From positions 72,168,001 to 72,232,000 of the forward strand of contig NC_043004.1 in assembly GCF_006345805.1 (NCBI RefSeq): 64,000 bases of DNA. The letters are read 5' to 3'. Below, one piece after another: positions 1-13,577 of this stretch (position 1 is its first letter; every line of letters begins with the position of its first letter). A model generated the notes under the pieces. It had not been told where the DNA came from and did not search any database. It saw only the letters and a program-made list of their open reading frames with translations. The DNA is from Octopus sinensis (taxonomy: Eukaryota). The position numbers and the translations under genes were made by a program.

Positions 1-381
1 TAACATAGTTGTAGTAAAATACAGATATAGTATTTCATAATGATGAGAAAATGTTAAGAAATTGAGTCTTTGAAAATGATTAAAATGTTAAAAAATAGAA
101 TCTTTGACAACGATAGGAAAATGTTAAGAGGTTTTTTGTTTAAACTGCTTACATGAAAGTGTTTAAACTAGGTAGTAAAATAAATTCGTAATTATATTAA
201 GTTCATCAAAAATCCTGGTTGTATATAAGCATATATAGAGAAAGAATCATATTTAAGTATGTATACAGAATTTTAGAATTATATGTATATCTATAACACA
301 CACACACACACACACAAACACAGACACACACACACGCACGCACACACACACGCACGCACGCACACACACACACACACACAT

Positions 382-460
<79 letters not shown>

Positions 461-624
461 ACAAAGTGAAGTTGTAAGGTACCGCACGAGTGGAAATATA
501 TATGAAAGAGGTCTGAAAATGCACTTGACCGGTTTCACATTTTTAGAAACAGATTGTCAAAAGTAAAATGTAAAGCTTTGTATAAGCTTTCTTGTGTATA
601 AGCTTTGCTGTCATATATATATAT

Positions 625-1355
625 ATATTGTTATATTTCGGAATGGTCATTTTGCCAGTTTAGCCAATAAAATCACACGCACTATATATTTGGTGTTACT
701 TTGCTTCAGTGTTATTTACTTTTTACATTAATCTTAATCTTATTCCGACCAGAGTTCTTTCGTCAGACTCCTGTGACCGCATCAGTAGTCCTTTGTTTTC
801 TTCTTTCTTATTTGTGTCTCTCCTTACTAACCGTCAGCCATTTTGTATTTCTGGTCATGTCAAAATGTAATCATGTCAAAAAATCCATCATGATTATTTT
901 TTTCATCTCGGTGTATACAAAATGTCTTGCTCTTACACGTATAAATTTGTCTACAATAATATGAAATTCATATAAGTAAGGAGAGACACAAATAAGAAAG
1001 AAGAAAGGACCAGTGATGCGGTCACAGGAGTGTGACGAAAGAACTCTGGCCGAAATAAGATTAAGATTAATGTAAAAAATAAATAACACTGAAGCGTGTG
1101 ATTTTATTGGCTAAACTGGCAAAATGACCATTCCGAAATATAACAATATCTGTTTCAACACAGGACTTCGCATAAAAAAATCTTACACAACAAATATATA
1201 AACGTATATATATATATATACTCTTCTGGTCATGTCAAAATGTAATCATGTCAAAAAATCCATCATGATTATTTTTTTCATCTCGGTGTATATAAAATGT
1301 CTTGCTCTTACACGTATAAATTTGTCTACAATAATATGAAATCCATATAAATAAG
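625..1355. repeat. Penelope-type terminal repeat with inverted (625-830 vs 975-1149) and direct (848-975 vs 1222-1352) duplications
   Basis: Arms match directly in the sequence; carries the hammerhead-like motif; bounded by (TA)n. Confidence 0.6.
747..791 (-). ncRNA. Degenerate hammerhead-like motif (inverted copy at 1007-1051 on +)
   Basis: Minus strand: ggacta CTGATGC g GTCA-caggagtc-TGAC GAAAG aa CTC tggtc; A9C change; stem I gacca/tggtc is reconstructed from the two copies. Confidence 0.4.
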
Positions 1356-1486
1356 CACGCTAGGGACATTACAAATTCCTGATAATTATTCATAGTTATG
1401 TTGTCTGTTATACGTAACTGTCATCTTCACGTTACTTAATCACACGCCATTAGTCTTGCACTGCTTCCATAAAGTTGGATCAAGAA

Positions 1487-1935
1487 ATATCAGTTTCAAT
1501 ATTTGGTACAAGGCTAGCAATTTTGAATGAGGTGTGAGTTGATTACAATGACCCCAGTGCTTGACTCGTGCTTTTGTCAACCGTGAAAGATAGAAGGGAA
1601 AAGTCGACCACGGCGGAATTTGAACTCAGAAGGAAGCGCAAGGTGAAATACCGCTAAGCATTTTTCCCGGCGAGCTAACGATTCTGTCAGCCCACCGCTT
1701 TAGGGACCTAGATAATATCACCGACATAGTATCACTATACTTACCAAGTATTGCACTAAACGTTTCTTAGTAATACACTGACGCCGGTGTTCAAGTGCTA
1801 CTTATTTTTTCGACCGCGAAAGGATGAAAGTCGAAGTTGACTACGGCGCCATTTGAGCTCAAAACGTGAAGACGGACCAAGTGCTGCTAAGCATTTTGAC
1901 GATTTGATAACGATTCTGCCAGCTCGCTGCCTTAA
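1487..1935 (-). mobile_element. Two tRNA-headed Nin-domain-like SINE copies (about 1487-1702 and 1790-1935)
   Basis: gaaaggatgaaag...gtcgac...ggcggaatttgaactcag...ccgctaagcatt...gccagctcg consensus, shared with 20055-20360, 47820-47975 and 50896-51100. Confidence 0.75.
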
Positions 1936-1952
1936 TAATAATAATAATAATG

Positions 1953-2004
<52 letters not shown>

Positions 2005-2006
<2 letters not shown>

Positions 2007-2210
2007 TCCTACGCAAAATACTTTCTATGTAATGTCAAGGTTTAAAACAAACATTTTTTTTAGACATCCACCAGTACAACACAAAAAACAACCGAATATA
2101 TGGCACACTAGGCATAACAACAACGTGAACTTCCAACCTGTTGTCTCTTGAGGTCTCCGGGTGAGACTTGGAGCCAACTTGTACAAATATAAAGCAAAAG
2201 TCAAACATAC
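2005..2210 (+). mobile_element. 3' end of an R4/Dong-like LINE inserted in (AAT)n
   Basis: Near-identical to 52105-52318, the 3' end of a REL-endonuclease LINE; flanked by (AAT)n on both sides. Confidence 0.75.
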
Positions 2211-2258
<48 letters not shown>

Positions 2259-2432
2259 CTAAGATGAAACTTAGGAAATATGTTGCATTGTATTTAATAA
2301 TTTCAAAATCGAGTCAGTGTTTATCTTAGTACTCTGTACAGCATACTTCCGTTAAAATCGTAATAAGGCCTTTTCAAATCCTATCTTTGCACTTTCATCT
2401 AAATCATTGATTACCGTTTATAGCTGTTGCAG

Positions 2433-2524
2433 GTGAAAAGTGGCAGAAAGTGTTTGTGATGACCGAGAAAGCATTTAAAAAAAGTCCTCTCTATTTATAC
2501 TGGGACAGTTTGCCTATTGAAAAG
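2433..2524 (+). CDS. Paralog 1, coding exon a (92 nt, phase 1 to 0) of an uncharacterised multi-exon gene
   Basis: tgttgcAG|gt...gaaaag|GTaaaa; open frame (G)EKWQKVFVMTEKAFKKSPLYLYWDSLPIEK; 17/30 aa identical to 48172-48263 with the same length and phases. Confidence 0.9.
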
Positions 2525-2949
2525 GTAAAACATTTTTTTGAAATTTCGAAATGACTCATTTAATTGACAACTTTTCAAGTCCATGTTTCTTTTCTTATTT
2601 TAATGCATATCTGTTTCATAACTAGATTATCCAGAGTTCTAGTATCCGACGAGTATAATCTGAGAGAAATATAGCTTCTATTTCTAGAAGGTGATATGAC
2701 CATATAGAAACTCGTTTTGTTGAAAGATGTTGACAGTAGAAGGAAATGTTGCATGAGATCATATCAAATAGTGTAAAAGATTTTTCTATTAGGTTGTTAA
2801 GAAATTTCTTGCGGAATATTTAATTTTGGTTTTAGATGATGTATTTTCAATTTCATTTTCGTTAAAATACTATGACTTTATATATAAAACCCATTTTTCG
2901 CTCTATCTAATCGTGTCGCTCTTTTTCTTTTACAATAGTTAGGCCATTT

Positions 2950-3780
2950 TTTCCGGAACGTTGAATACAACATGGAGAAAAAGCAAATTTGCACAATTTT
3001 CTTATTCCAGTTCAAGCTAGGACAAAAACCTGCTGAAACAGCTCACGAGATCAACGATGCGTTTGGCTCAAGAACCACTAATGAACGTACAGCACAATGG
3101 TGGTTTAAGAAAGTTCGTAGCGGTGACGAGAGTCTTAAAGATGATAAGCGTAGTGGTCGGCCATCGGATGTTGACAACGATCAACTAAGAGACTTAGTCG
3201 AAGTCAATCCACGCACAACTTTTCGAGAGCTTGCTTCTGAATTAAACATAATGTATACGACAATTTCCAACCTCTTGAAAGAGATTGGAAAAACAAAAAT
3301 ACTTGAGAAATGGGTGCCGCACGAATTGAACGACAACCAAAAAAAACGTCGTTTGGAAGTGTCGTCTTCCCTTCTTTTACACAACAAGAACTACCCGTTT
3401 CTCGGCCGGATTGTGACTTGCGATAAAAAGTGGATTCTTTACGACAATCGGCGATGCTCAGCTCAGTGGTTGGACGCCGAAGAAGCTCCACGGCACTTCC
3501 CGAAGCTAAAGTTGCACTAAAAGAAGGTCATGGTGACTTTTTGGTGGTCTGCGGCCGGTCTCATCCATCACAGCTGTTTGGATCCAGGCGAAACCATTAT
3601 GGCTGAGAAGTACTGTCAGCAAATGGATAAAATGCATAAGAAACTCTGACAACAACATTCAGCATTGGTCAATAGAAAAGGGCCATGTCTTCTCCAGGAC
3701 AACGCTCGGCCGCATGTTGCACAACTGACCCTACAGAAGTTGAACGAATTGGGCTACGAAACTCTGCCTCATCCTCCATA
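2950..3780 (+). mobile_element. Mariner transposase relic, 3'-truncated
   Basis: ORF 2972-3520 with WVPHEL and VTCDKKW, then LLQDNARPH and HPPY, cut by (TA)n; internal stops. Confidence 0.9.
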
Positions 3781-3794
3781 TATATATATATATA

Positions 3795-5140
3795 TGGTGT
3801 CAGATAATAAACACATAGAAATAATAGGCAACGCTCTCAGCGACTACGGAGCGGTTTCAGGAGCGATGATTAACTAAGAAAAATCAGTGGCCTTGCGGCT
3901 TGGCACTTGGAGAAGCAAATCCATGCCGTCCAACTGCATCTTTGGGCGCTGATTGGACGGGCCGGTTAAATTGCTCGGGGTCTGGTTCGGACAAAAACTG
4001 GAACGAGGTAACGAACAGGGTGGTTACTCCCACTCAGAAATTGGCCGAGAAAAAGCTATCCCTGAAAGGACGTGCAAGATGGTTAACGCGTACATCGCGT
4101 CCGTCATCAACTATCGCTTGACCATCGTGCCTTGTGCCGGTCACCCTCTGATTACGTTGCAGTGTATACTCTTCTGATTCTTCTGCCGTGATTGATGACG
4201 CACAGGCATGCGCTGAGGCTTCGACATCTCCAGTGCTTCCTTGACAATGAACAGGTGGGGTCGCCGTTCGCCAGATACGTATTTCCACAGCTATTTTCTT
4301 TAACGTAGCTTCAGTCCTGAGTAAAAGACAAACCGACGGGAGGCATTTAAGAAGTGAAATATCTTCAAACGCTCACAGCTCTCAGCCAGTTGAAACCTGC
4401 GATAGGTGGAACGTCCACGTAATCTTTCTATAGAGGATTAGTAGAGGGAAAGTACGACGACATTGTTGGAGAGACGTTGGGCGTCGAAGATTAACTAGCC
4501 GCTCTTTTCGGGAGAACTTTCGACTCAGGACCAAGCTACCGGGAAGCTTTGCCTGTTCGAGATATACTATATTGGCACGGAAGTACCGTCAGATGAGCAC
4601 GTCAGAGATGTGCGCAGGATGACGAGACTTCCTGCATGCACTGGTCCAATGTCCGAGCATTGTTGGTATGTGGGTTCGTGCTGAACGCTTGCTGTCGCGT
4701 GTAGAACGGGTCCAGCTATCAACAGGATCCATCGTGAAAATCGCCCTGCCGCCTTCCTTTAACTGAGAATGGGAGGCTCTTTTTAGAGCCATTGCGAAAG
4801 AGGTTGTATAGTGGACGAGACTGAAGGAAATGAAGACAAATGCTTTTCTCTTTGGCCAATCCCTGATGAACTTCACTTGAAAAGAAAAATAAGGGTAGAG
4901 AGGGAAATGTTACCTTCTAGCCAGTTTGCTGAAAGGTGGATGAAAGTCCGTTCACTCGCACCTGCCCTGAGCACACCCTGCAGTTGTAGAAAAGGAAATG
5001 AACAGAGGAACCTGCACCAAAAGTCAGGGTATTATAATTATGGCCGGCATACTATACAGACATGGAAATTTGAAGCTCCCGAAGTTGAAATTGGGTTTGT
5101 AATCTGTCCGGCCATCTAAGGCCCTATGTTTTTATTTTAT
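3795..5140 (+). mobile_element. Tx1/L1-clade LINE 3' fragment, degenerate
   Basis: GPVKLLGVWFG, KNWNEV...LSLKGRA and NAYIASVINYRLT peptides across frameshifts. Confidence 0.7.
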
Positions 5141-5299
5141 TGTTACTATAGCATTTCTGAGTTTGTCTGGACTGCGCAGATAGTATTTTAGTGTAGAAAC
5201 ACCCCCTGTAGGAGGTGTGCAGCAATAATTTTCGAATCATAACTTTCGAAAAAATAATATTTTACTGTTTTTATTATTCAATTAAAGATGGCTGATAAA

Positions 5300-5990
5300 G
5301 AAGCCATCATAATGTTTGACAAAGGAGGGTGATCCTCGTCAGAAAAACGAGAACAAGAATATCGAATAACCTAACCTTAATGACGTCGCACTGGAGAATA
5401 ATTTTTCGTCCATAAACAACGCCAAAACTTTCGGTGTCGACAGCGACAGCAACAAAAGCAACAACACTAACAACAACAACACTAACAACAACAACAGCAA
5501 TAACAATACGAAAAAAATGAATCATAAAACCGTGAATATCACCGTTTTTTGTTTGTTTGTTTTTTTGCGTCTTCGGCGAGAAGATTTCCGCATAGATGAA
5601 GCAGATTTACAAATGGCAAGGAAAATTGTAAAAAGGAATGGGAGAAGGGTAGATCTAAATACTCCATCAGTTGATAAAAGTCTGTTGGAAGGGTCTTTTA
5701 AAATAATTTTCGCCAGTAGATAAGCCAGGAACTTCCCGCTTCTCGAAAATCAATGTAACCTCCTCTTTTTCTTTCTCCGTCTAGCAAAACTGTACTGAGA
5801 ATGAGGTGTGTGAATGTGCGTGTCCTAGGATCAGCTTGGATGCAAGGTCACTTGCTCAAACATCTCAGGTCGCTTGATTTGGACGTGGCTGCCTTTAGTG
5901 AAACAAGGACCTCTGGAAAACACGCTCTATCATCCATTTTTGAGAACTGCGAGGTATTCTCAGCTTGTAGTCACTATTCAAAGTCAGTGT
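5300..5990 (+). mobile_element. LINE 5' fragment with the start of an apurinic-like endonuclease (probably Tx1-like)
   Basis: 5801 ORF: CVNVRVL...LRSLDLDVAAFSETR, resembling the APE N-terminal NVRGL...DV...ET motif. Confidence 0.55.
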
Positions 5991-6931
5991 GGTTCTTCAT
6001 GATCTCATACTTACAGACAAAATGTTTCGCAGAGTAGGAGCTATTTTATACATTTCCAGGCATTTCTTAATCCAGCTAGGTGGTAGGCTATCAAAAGCTT
6101 TTTTATAGTCTATCCAGGCTATTGACAAATGTTTGTGTCGTTTGTGACAATCTTCTAAGATCATCTTATTGATGAGTTGCTGATCTTTACAACCACAAGA
6201 TCCACGTCTACATCCTTTTTGTCCATTAGGGAATATGCTGCTTTCTATTAAAGAACTATAAGTATATTCAGTCAGGACAAATGTTAGCGCTTTATACGTT
6301 GTTGTTAAGCAGGTTATGGGTCGATAATTTTATTATTATTATAATTATTATTATTATTGAGTGAGAGAGCAGTTCATGCCATCAAAGTGACACTGGGGTA
6401 AAATATACGAAGCCCAATATACCCATCATGACTACCCGTCTGATAAAGGTACACCAGGCACATGCATCACAACCATATGTGCGCGACATGGTGATCTCAT
6501 ATCAAGATAAACAGCACATGACCTTGCAGGTGGGGCCCAGTTAGAATTTTCTTCAGGTTGAGTAGCCCATCCCGCTCAAACGGTCCCCGAATAAGGGTTG
6601 TTTAAGGATGTTGAAAGAACCACCCATGTTTCCAGAGGTGAACTATTCAAACCCCAAAGCATCCCTCTCAACACATGGCTATGATGCTCCCCCACTACTT
6701 CTGCTCGTGATCAGAGATGCACATATCGTCAGCCACTAAGGGACATGCTCAACTGGTTAAGGTCAAACAACTGACAAGCAAATCTGTGGTATTGAGCAGA
6801 ATATTTGCTGTAGCCCATCTTTTATACCAAGACAAAACAATGTACATGATAACACTTCCAATCAGTTAAGATCAGAAGCCATGAGAGCCACTGCTTGGTA
6901 CTGCATCAGTATTATTATTATTATTATTATT

Positions 6932-6993
<62 letters not shown>

Positions 6994-7411
6994 ATTTATT
7001 AATATTCAGTAGTTCTATTTTTATTATGTGATTTCACTTCACTACCGAGCGCAGCTCTGTGTGCCTTGGGTATGTGCTGTGGTTTGCTGTGATGCTCTGA
7101 TGGTTACTGTATTGAAAGTGTTCTGCGTAGGATGTGTGCAGTGCCTGGTAGTGCAATTTTCTGTATGTTATATGTGTTTGTAAGTCTTGATGTTTTTGCT
7201 ATGTATTTCTCTGAATATTTTTTTATCATGCGTAATGCACCTACTATGATAGGAATTGTTTTTGTTTTTAGATTCCACATTCGAGTTACCTCTATTTCCA
7301 GGTCATTGTATTTTGAGAGTTTCTCCATTTCTTTTAGAGACACGTTGTCATCTGCTGGTATTGATACATCAATTAGAAAGCATTTTTCTTCACGATCTCT
7401 GACAATTATTA

Positions 7412-7444
<33 letters not shown>

Positions 7445-7458
7445 CATTATTATTATTA

Positions 7459-7516
<58 letters not shown>

Positions 7517-7795
7517 GAAATTTATTGATTGAGGGAACAGCGTATGTCATCAAAGTGATACAAATATAATAAGCCTAATATACCAATCTTGAATACCCGT
7601 CTGGTAATGTTACATCAGGTACAGGCATCACAACCATATGTACGCGAAATGGTGATCTTACATCGAGATAAACTGTGCATGACCTTACAGGAGGGGCCCA
7701 GTTATATTTTCCTTCGGGTTAGTATCCTATTTTCCTCAAGAGATCCCTGAAAATTTGTTATAAGGATGATGACTGAAACACCCGTTTCATCATCA

Positions 7796-7835
<40 letters not shown>

Positions 7836-7857
7836 TACCATCATCATCATCATCATA

Positions 7858-7889
<32 letters not shown>

Positions 7890-9280
7890 GATTACTATTA
7901 TTCAGTAGTTTTAATTTTATAGCGTGTTTTCTCTTCACTACCGAGCGCAGCTCTGTGTGCGTTGGGTATGTGCTGTGATTTTTTGTGATGCTCTGATGGT
8001 TACTGTATTGAAAGTGTTATGCGTAGGATGTGTGCAGTGCCCAGTAGTGCAATATTCTGTATGTTGTATATATTTGTAAGTCCTGGTGTTTTTGTTATGT
8101 ATTTGTCTGAATATTTTTTATCATAGCTTTGGTTTCGCGAAGGAGTCGGACATGACCACTTTGACTATGGAGTCCTATCTACTCCAGTTTTGAAATCAGA
8201 GTACTGTATTCCTTCACATAGACATTATGATTATTATTGCAATTTTATTGCCTTTCCACATCTTCTAACGCTGGACATGTACTACAGTGTCAGCTGTTCA
8301 CTACCAGTGAACTAAGGTAACACCTCATATTTTTCGAGCACCTTCCGGAGTATTAGAGCGGTTCCAAGCAGTACTGTTTTGTGCAAGTGCTACACCCTTA
8401 TTGCAGCCCCTATTTCTTCCACGTACTTCTCAAGACTTTTACTGACTGTTCCCAGGGCTCCGACAATAATTGGTACTACTGCTACTTTTTTCATCGACTA
8501 CAACGGCTAAACTTCCCATATCTCTCAACTTTTCTTTCTCCCTTATCGCATACCTTGTTGCCAGCTGGGCATGCTATATCTATGATTCAGCATAGTTTGT
8601 TTTCTTTCTCAATTACGACTATGCCGGCTTCCTATTCTCTATCTCATGGTCGCACTGAATCATAAAATCCCATAGGATCTTTGCATTTCTATTTTCAACA
8701 ATGCCTTTGGGTTGTGATCGTATCAATTTTTTGCTCTGTCAAGTCCATACTTGTTGCAAAGTGTCCAATAGAAAAGCCTGGCTATATTGTCGTAGCGTCT
8801 CTTACATTACTTCTGGGATAGTGGCGCACATTGGCTGGTAAAATGCCATAGAGATTCATAATTTTGTCCACAGATTCTGCACTTATCACTTTATGATGTG
8901 TTGTCTATTCTGTATTTTATGTAGTTTGTTCTTAGTGCTTTCTTTTGGGCAGCACAGATTAGAGCCTCTGTTTCCGTTTTCAAATCACTTTTAATCATCC
9001 ACAGCCATCTTTTCTCTCTGTATGTCTTATCTTCAACATCCCTACGAAATTGTCTATGCATTCTTTTCTTTACCCACCTATTTTCAGTTTCATTCGTTTT
9101 CAATTGCTTGTACAGTGCTTTATCTTTGAAATCTTTCACTCTACACTGGTCTGACCTTCTTACATCTAATAATAGCGGTTCTGTGGAATTTTTTACGTAC
9201 CATGCTTTGTTGTTTTCTTCTGCTCTAATGATTTGTTCACATTCAATAAGTCCTATTATTATTATTATTATTATTATCAA

Positions 9281-9337
<57 letters not shown>

Positions 9338-9802
9338 CATTATTATTATTATTACTATTGAGTGAGCGAGCAGAGCATGCCATCAAAGTGACACTGGGGT
9401 AAAATATACGAAGCCCAGTATACCCATCATGACTACCCGTCTGATAAGGGTACACCAGGCACATGCATCACAACCATATGTGCGCGACATGGTGATCTCA
9501 TATCAAAATAAACAGCACATGACCTTGCAGGTGGAGCCCAGTTAGAATTTTCTTCAGATCGAGTAACCCATCCCGCTCAAAAGGTCCCTGAATAAGGGTT
9601 GTTTAAGGACGTTGAACGAAACACCCATGTTTCCAGAGGTGAATTATTCAAACCCCAAAGAATCCCTCTCAACACATGGCTATGATGCTCCCCCACTACT
9701 TCTGCTCGTGATCAGAGATGCACATATCGTCAGCCACTAAGGGACATGCTCAACTGGTTAAAGTCAAACAACTGACAAGCAAATCTGTGGTATTGAGCAG
9801 AA

Positions 9803-9850
<48 letters not shown>
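5990..9850 (-). mobile_element. Cluster of 5'-truncated R4/Dong-like retroelement pieces separated by (TAA)n tracts
   Basis: RT piece 5990-6320 (GSCGCKDQQLINKMILE...AWIDYKKAFDS); REL-endonuclease ends 6995-7415 (CFLIDVSIPAD...KYNDLEIE) and 7890-8125; 8330-9255 (KTETEALICAAQ); non-coding 3' repeats 6358-6912, 7530-7785, 9358-9805. Confidence 0.85.
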
Positions 9851-9853
<3 letters not shown>

Positions 9854-10239
9854 ATAAATAAGCAGACATTAAAAATCTAGGTGAGCTGAATTATTTTTTA
9901 GAAATGAAGGAAATCGCGAACGCAGCAGAATAGCTGTGAAAACCGCTTAAGAAAAACGGGTAAAATACCCCTACCCTGCCTAGAAGTTGCTGCAGATGTA
10001 CAAAGTTCGATTTGCAGCTGAAGCTGCTGGCTGCTTTTTGCCCTCACTTTCTAAAGCTGTTTTCATAACTATCCTTAAGGCTTGGTAATAAGAAATCTCC
10101 TCAGGTCTCGAGAATCTTTCTTAAGATGGTATTTTTCTGTTGATAAACAATGCCTTCCAGTTCCAATGTCTTTCCATCTTGTAGTTAGCATTTCGGTGTT
10201 AAAAGTATTTAATTGAAGTTATTCCCAGTTATTATTCCT

Positions 10240-10900
10240 TCGAGGTCGACATTTTATCATTCCAATGACGATAAAATTTTGTGCCAAACGTCCAATCAAA
10301 GACATGATGAGTTCATTGACAACAACATAACCAAGAGTTTATGGAGACTGATTCGGTGTGTTGACCAGGAATAACTCAATGTTATTATAAAAAGAAGATG
10401 TATAAACTTATCAGAAAGACGAACGATTCAAACTCTCTGTTGGTGCGTTAGTGTAAGATGGGCGCAATGTTTCGGAGGAATTGCGAACATCGGAACAAAC
10501 ATGAAAACTGATTTCAGGAGTTTGAAGAGCAAGCGATGGACTTGAATCAACGTGGAATAAATATTTTATAGCAGGATAGCAAGAAGTTTCAGCTGCTAAG
10601 ATGGGAGTGAGAATGGTGAGTGTTTATACGATAAAGAGTTTAGCAAACATGAATTTCGGGCAGACGAATACAGATTGAGATGATTGTATTTCAACAAAGT
10701 AAAAAATGTTGGATTTGTATTGTAATAAAAAGTGGTGGAGAATGAAATTGATGTCGAAGTTTACGAATATCAATATTACATTGATGTGGGATTGATTATT
10801 GCTGTTTTTGTCCTTTGGTTATTGCTTTTGTCGGGATTTGTACTTTCAATAGATGCAACCGGATTATTGCAGTGATTCCGATATCATGCCTCATTTGTTA
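10240..10900 (-). mobile_element. Old LINE fragment at the paralogous position to 52900-53560
   Basis: Shared blocks such as gccaaacgtcc, ggaga(c/t)tgattcggtgtgttg and aggagtttgaagagc, each upstream of exon b; coding-like but riddled with stops. Confidence 0.6.
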
Positions 10901-11002
10901 GTAATCCGATTTTCAGTTTTAAGTCATGAACATTTTTCTCTTAAACTCAAACTCTTTCACTCCCTCTATAACCATCTTGCATTTCATCTATTACTATTTT
11001 CC

Positions 11003-11061
<59 letters not shown>

Positions 11062-11278
11062 ACCCTCTCACTTTCGCTGCTACTCTTCTAAACTTTTTCT
11101 ACTTTGTTTTAGAACTCTCTTGTGGTTTAAGTGTCACTTCTCCACTTCCTCTCTCTATCTCTTTCTTGTTCTTCTTCTCCCTTACTATATCTCATCCTTA
11201 TCTTCTTTCTCTTTCTGCAAATCACTGTTGTCTAACTCTTAGACTGTTTATGAATCCCCATCAACTTTCTATTTGCAG

Positions 11279-11427
11279 GTGGCATTTCGGCTGAACATTC
11301 CTAATATTCGCACATTCATTTTCGATGGAAAAGGGACAAATTCTACATCGTGGTACCAAGAAGATAGAGTCATTTCTCATCCATTTCCTAACGAAAATAT
11401 TTCACTGACAATCACATTCAACAATAA
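11279..11427 (+). CDS. Paralog 1, coding exon b (149 nt, phase 0 to 2)
   Basis: tttgcAG|gtg...aataa|GTatat; VAFRLNIPNIRTFIFDGKGTNSTSWYQEDRVISHPFPNENISLTITFNN; homologous to 54186-54334; phase matches exon a. Confidence 0.9.
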
Positions 11428-11779
11428 GTATATATTATCTCATTATTATTTATTAACATTTTCAATTATTTAATGATAACAATAATAATTATCGCATTGA
11501 CAAAGAATAATCACACATTTTTAGAGATGGTTGAAGGTGATTTTATTGACTTCAGTAATTAACATGTATTATTTTATTTGCGCTAGAATGATAAATGGCA
11601 AGTATGGCCTCGTGGAATTTCGCACTCAAGAGGTTAAGGAAGAAACTAACACACCCTTTGTTGTTTTGACACCTTGCCGATTCACACATCACCATTTTCA
11701 TAGCCTGTGACCAAATAAAGTTTATTGTTCTGCATGCTTCTCCTTGCAGGCTACACACTATTGCCATTGGTGTTGCAGT

Positions 11780-12400
11780 ACTTGGATTTCATTGGTGAAG
11801 AAGCTTCTATCCTGTTGCTTAAAATAGACATCAACAACAGCTATGACGTTACCATGACTGTGATACTGGTTCCCACCCGATTATTTTTAAGTTAGGGGAC
11901 AAATGATAGTTCGATGGGATCAAATCCGGAGAATAGAAAAGTTAATCAACCAGTTCAAAGCCACTCTTCCGCTCAGCGGCAGTTGAAAGTAAGGATTTGT
12001 ATGATGGACCATTGTCCTCATGAAACAAGACCCCATACGTCAGTTTTCTTCAGAGTTTGATTTTGACACTCTTTCCTAACAGCCTCACTAAGTTAGCCTA
12101 GTAATTTCAATTAATAGTTTGGCCATTTTGGAAGATAATCAATAAGCACAATACCTTTCGCATCCTCAAACAACGGAGGTCATCACGTCCCTTGCAAATG
12201 AAATTACGTTGACCTTCTTTGAAGCATCTGAGAAGAGTGTTACCACTTTCTAGCACAAAGTGATTGACCCAACACTCATCCTCCATAAGGAAACGTTCAA
12301 GGAAATTAGATATAACAGCCTGTCTGATTTCTCCGTGATGTGACCAGCCTGGTGCGCTTTGATCATGTGCCAATGGCATGAAATTCTCGATCGTTAGACA
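11780..12400 (-). mobile_element. Degenerate mariner transposase fragment
   Basis: Minus-strand peptides MEDECWVNHF, QNGQTIN, GVLFHEDNGP and FSGFDPIELSFVP (a decayed YSPDLAPSDYHLF). Confidence 0.7.
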
Positions 12401-12409
12401 ACTTAATAA

Positions 12410-13490
12410 CATGCCTTAAATCTAGAGTAGGTGCAACCTTTAATCTGGGGAAAAAACGTTTGTTGGGTTTGACAAGAATTATCCGGAAACTTAATAGCTG
12501 ATAAAATGGTAGACGCAGATTTATGGAACTTAATGAAGCGGTGAAAGTGCAAACGCGATATCAGTTGTACGATGCAGTTGGATAAAACCATGAGCGTGTT
12601 TGTAATTGCAGAAATATGGAAAGAATACTTAATGAAAGTATGAAACATTGGAACACTGAATTGATTGGAAGAAAATAAAGACTTGAAAAAGTGAACATTA
12701 GACGTGGAATATTTCAAGATGTTAGCTTATGTCCAGCAGTAGTTGTATTGGCCACGATACCGCTCAATTTGACATCGTGTAAAGTTAAAATAGCTTACGA
12801 TTTCGGTAAATAATGTGGTCAGGTAAATCATCACCTTTTTATGGATGATATAGATATTTATGCGTAAAATGAGAAACGGCTTGAAAATTTTATACATACG
12901 GGAAAGCTTTGCAGCGAGCCAGGGAACTGAAATGTCAAATGAGCAAAGAAAAAAAAGAAATCGGTTGAGAAAGGACAATGGTATAAGTACTTGGGAATAC
13001 TAGAAGCATGCGAAATAAAACATGATGAAATTAAACAAATTATCAGTAGATAGTATGCGAGTAGAGAGAGAATATTGTTGCAGACAAAGCTGAATGCAAA
13101 AAATATTATTGAAGCAGTAAATGCAAGAGCAATTCCCCTAATCAGATATGGAGTTGGTCGGGACCAAAAATATCAGAGAAACTTCACTATCCGAAATCTG
13201 ATTCAGCCGGCTGTACCTAAAGGGAGACCAGAGTGGAAGAGACTTAATTGCCGTGGAAGAGTGTATATAGATGGAATGAAAAAGCCTACTAGGACGTTTA
13301 CAGAATAACACAGAGAAACTACTGAAGGCAGTGAATAAGGAACAGGTGATCAAGTGTGGAATAGGAGAAAAGGGCAAGAATGAAATTCAAAGAGAAGACG
13401 TTTGACAAATTGAAGAGAAACGTCTGCATGGTCAATTTCGGAGAACCGATGAAGATGCACGAGGAACAAAATCCTAGCCTTGGCTAAAAA
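12410..13490 (+). mobile_element. Degenerate R4/Dong-like RT fragment
   Basis: VNIRRGIFQ, YKYLGILEA and KLNAKNIIEAVNARAIPLIRYG remnants. Confidence 0.7.
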
Positions 13491-13577
13491 AGGGTATACA
13501 GTTCTATATTTAAGAGATGGGGAATTATGTACATTATTTACATTTGACGGATATTTGTCCTCATCTTGTTTGTTGTT

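Noticed and set aside
7104-7553. 149-aa ORF with poly-N plus a nuclease motif (similar fusion at 48815-49369)
   Set aside because: Chance in-frame fusion of a repeat end, an AAT tract and a LINE fragment
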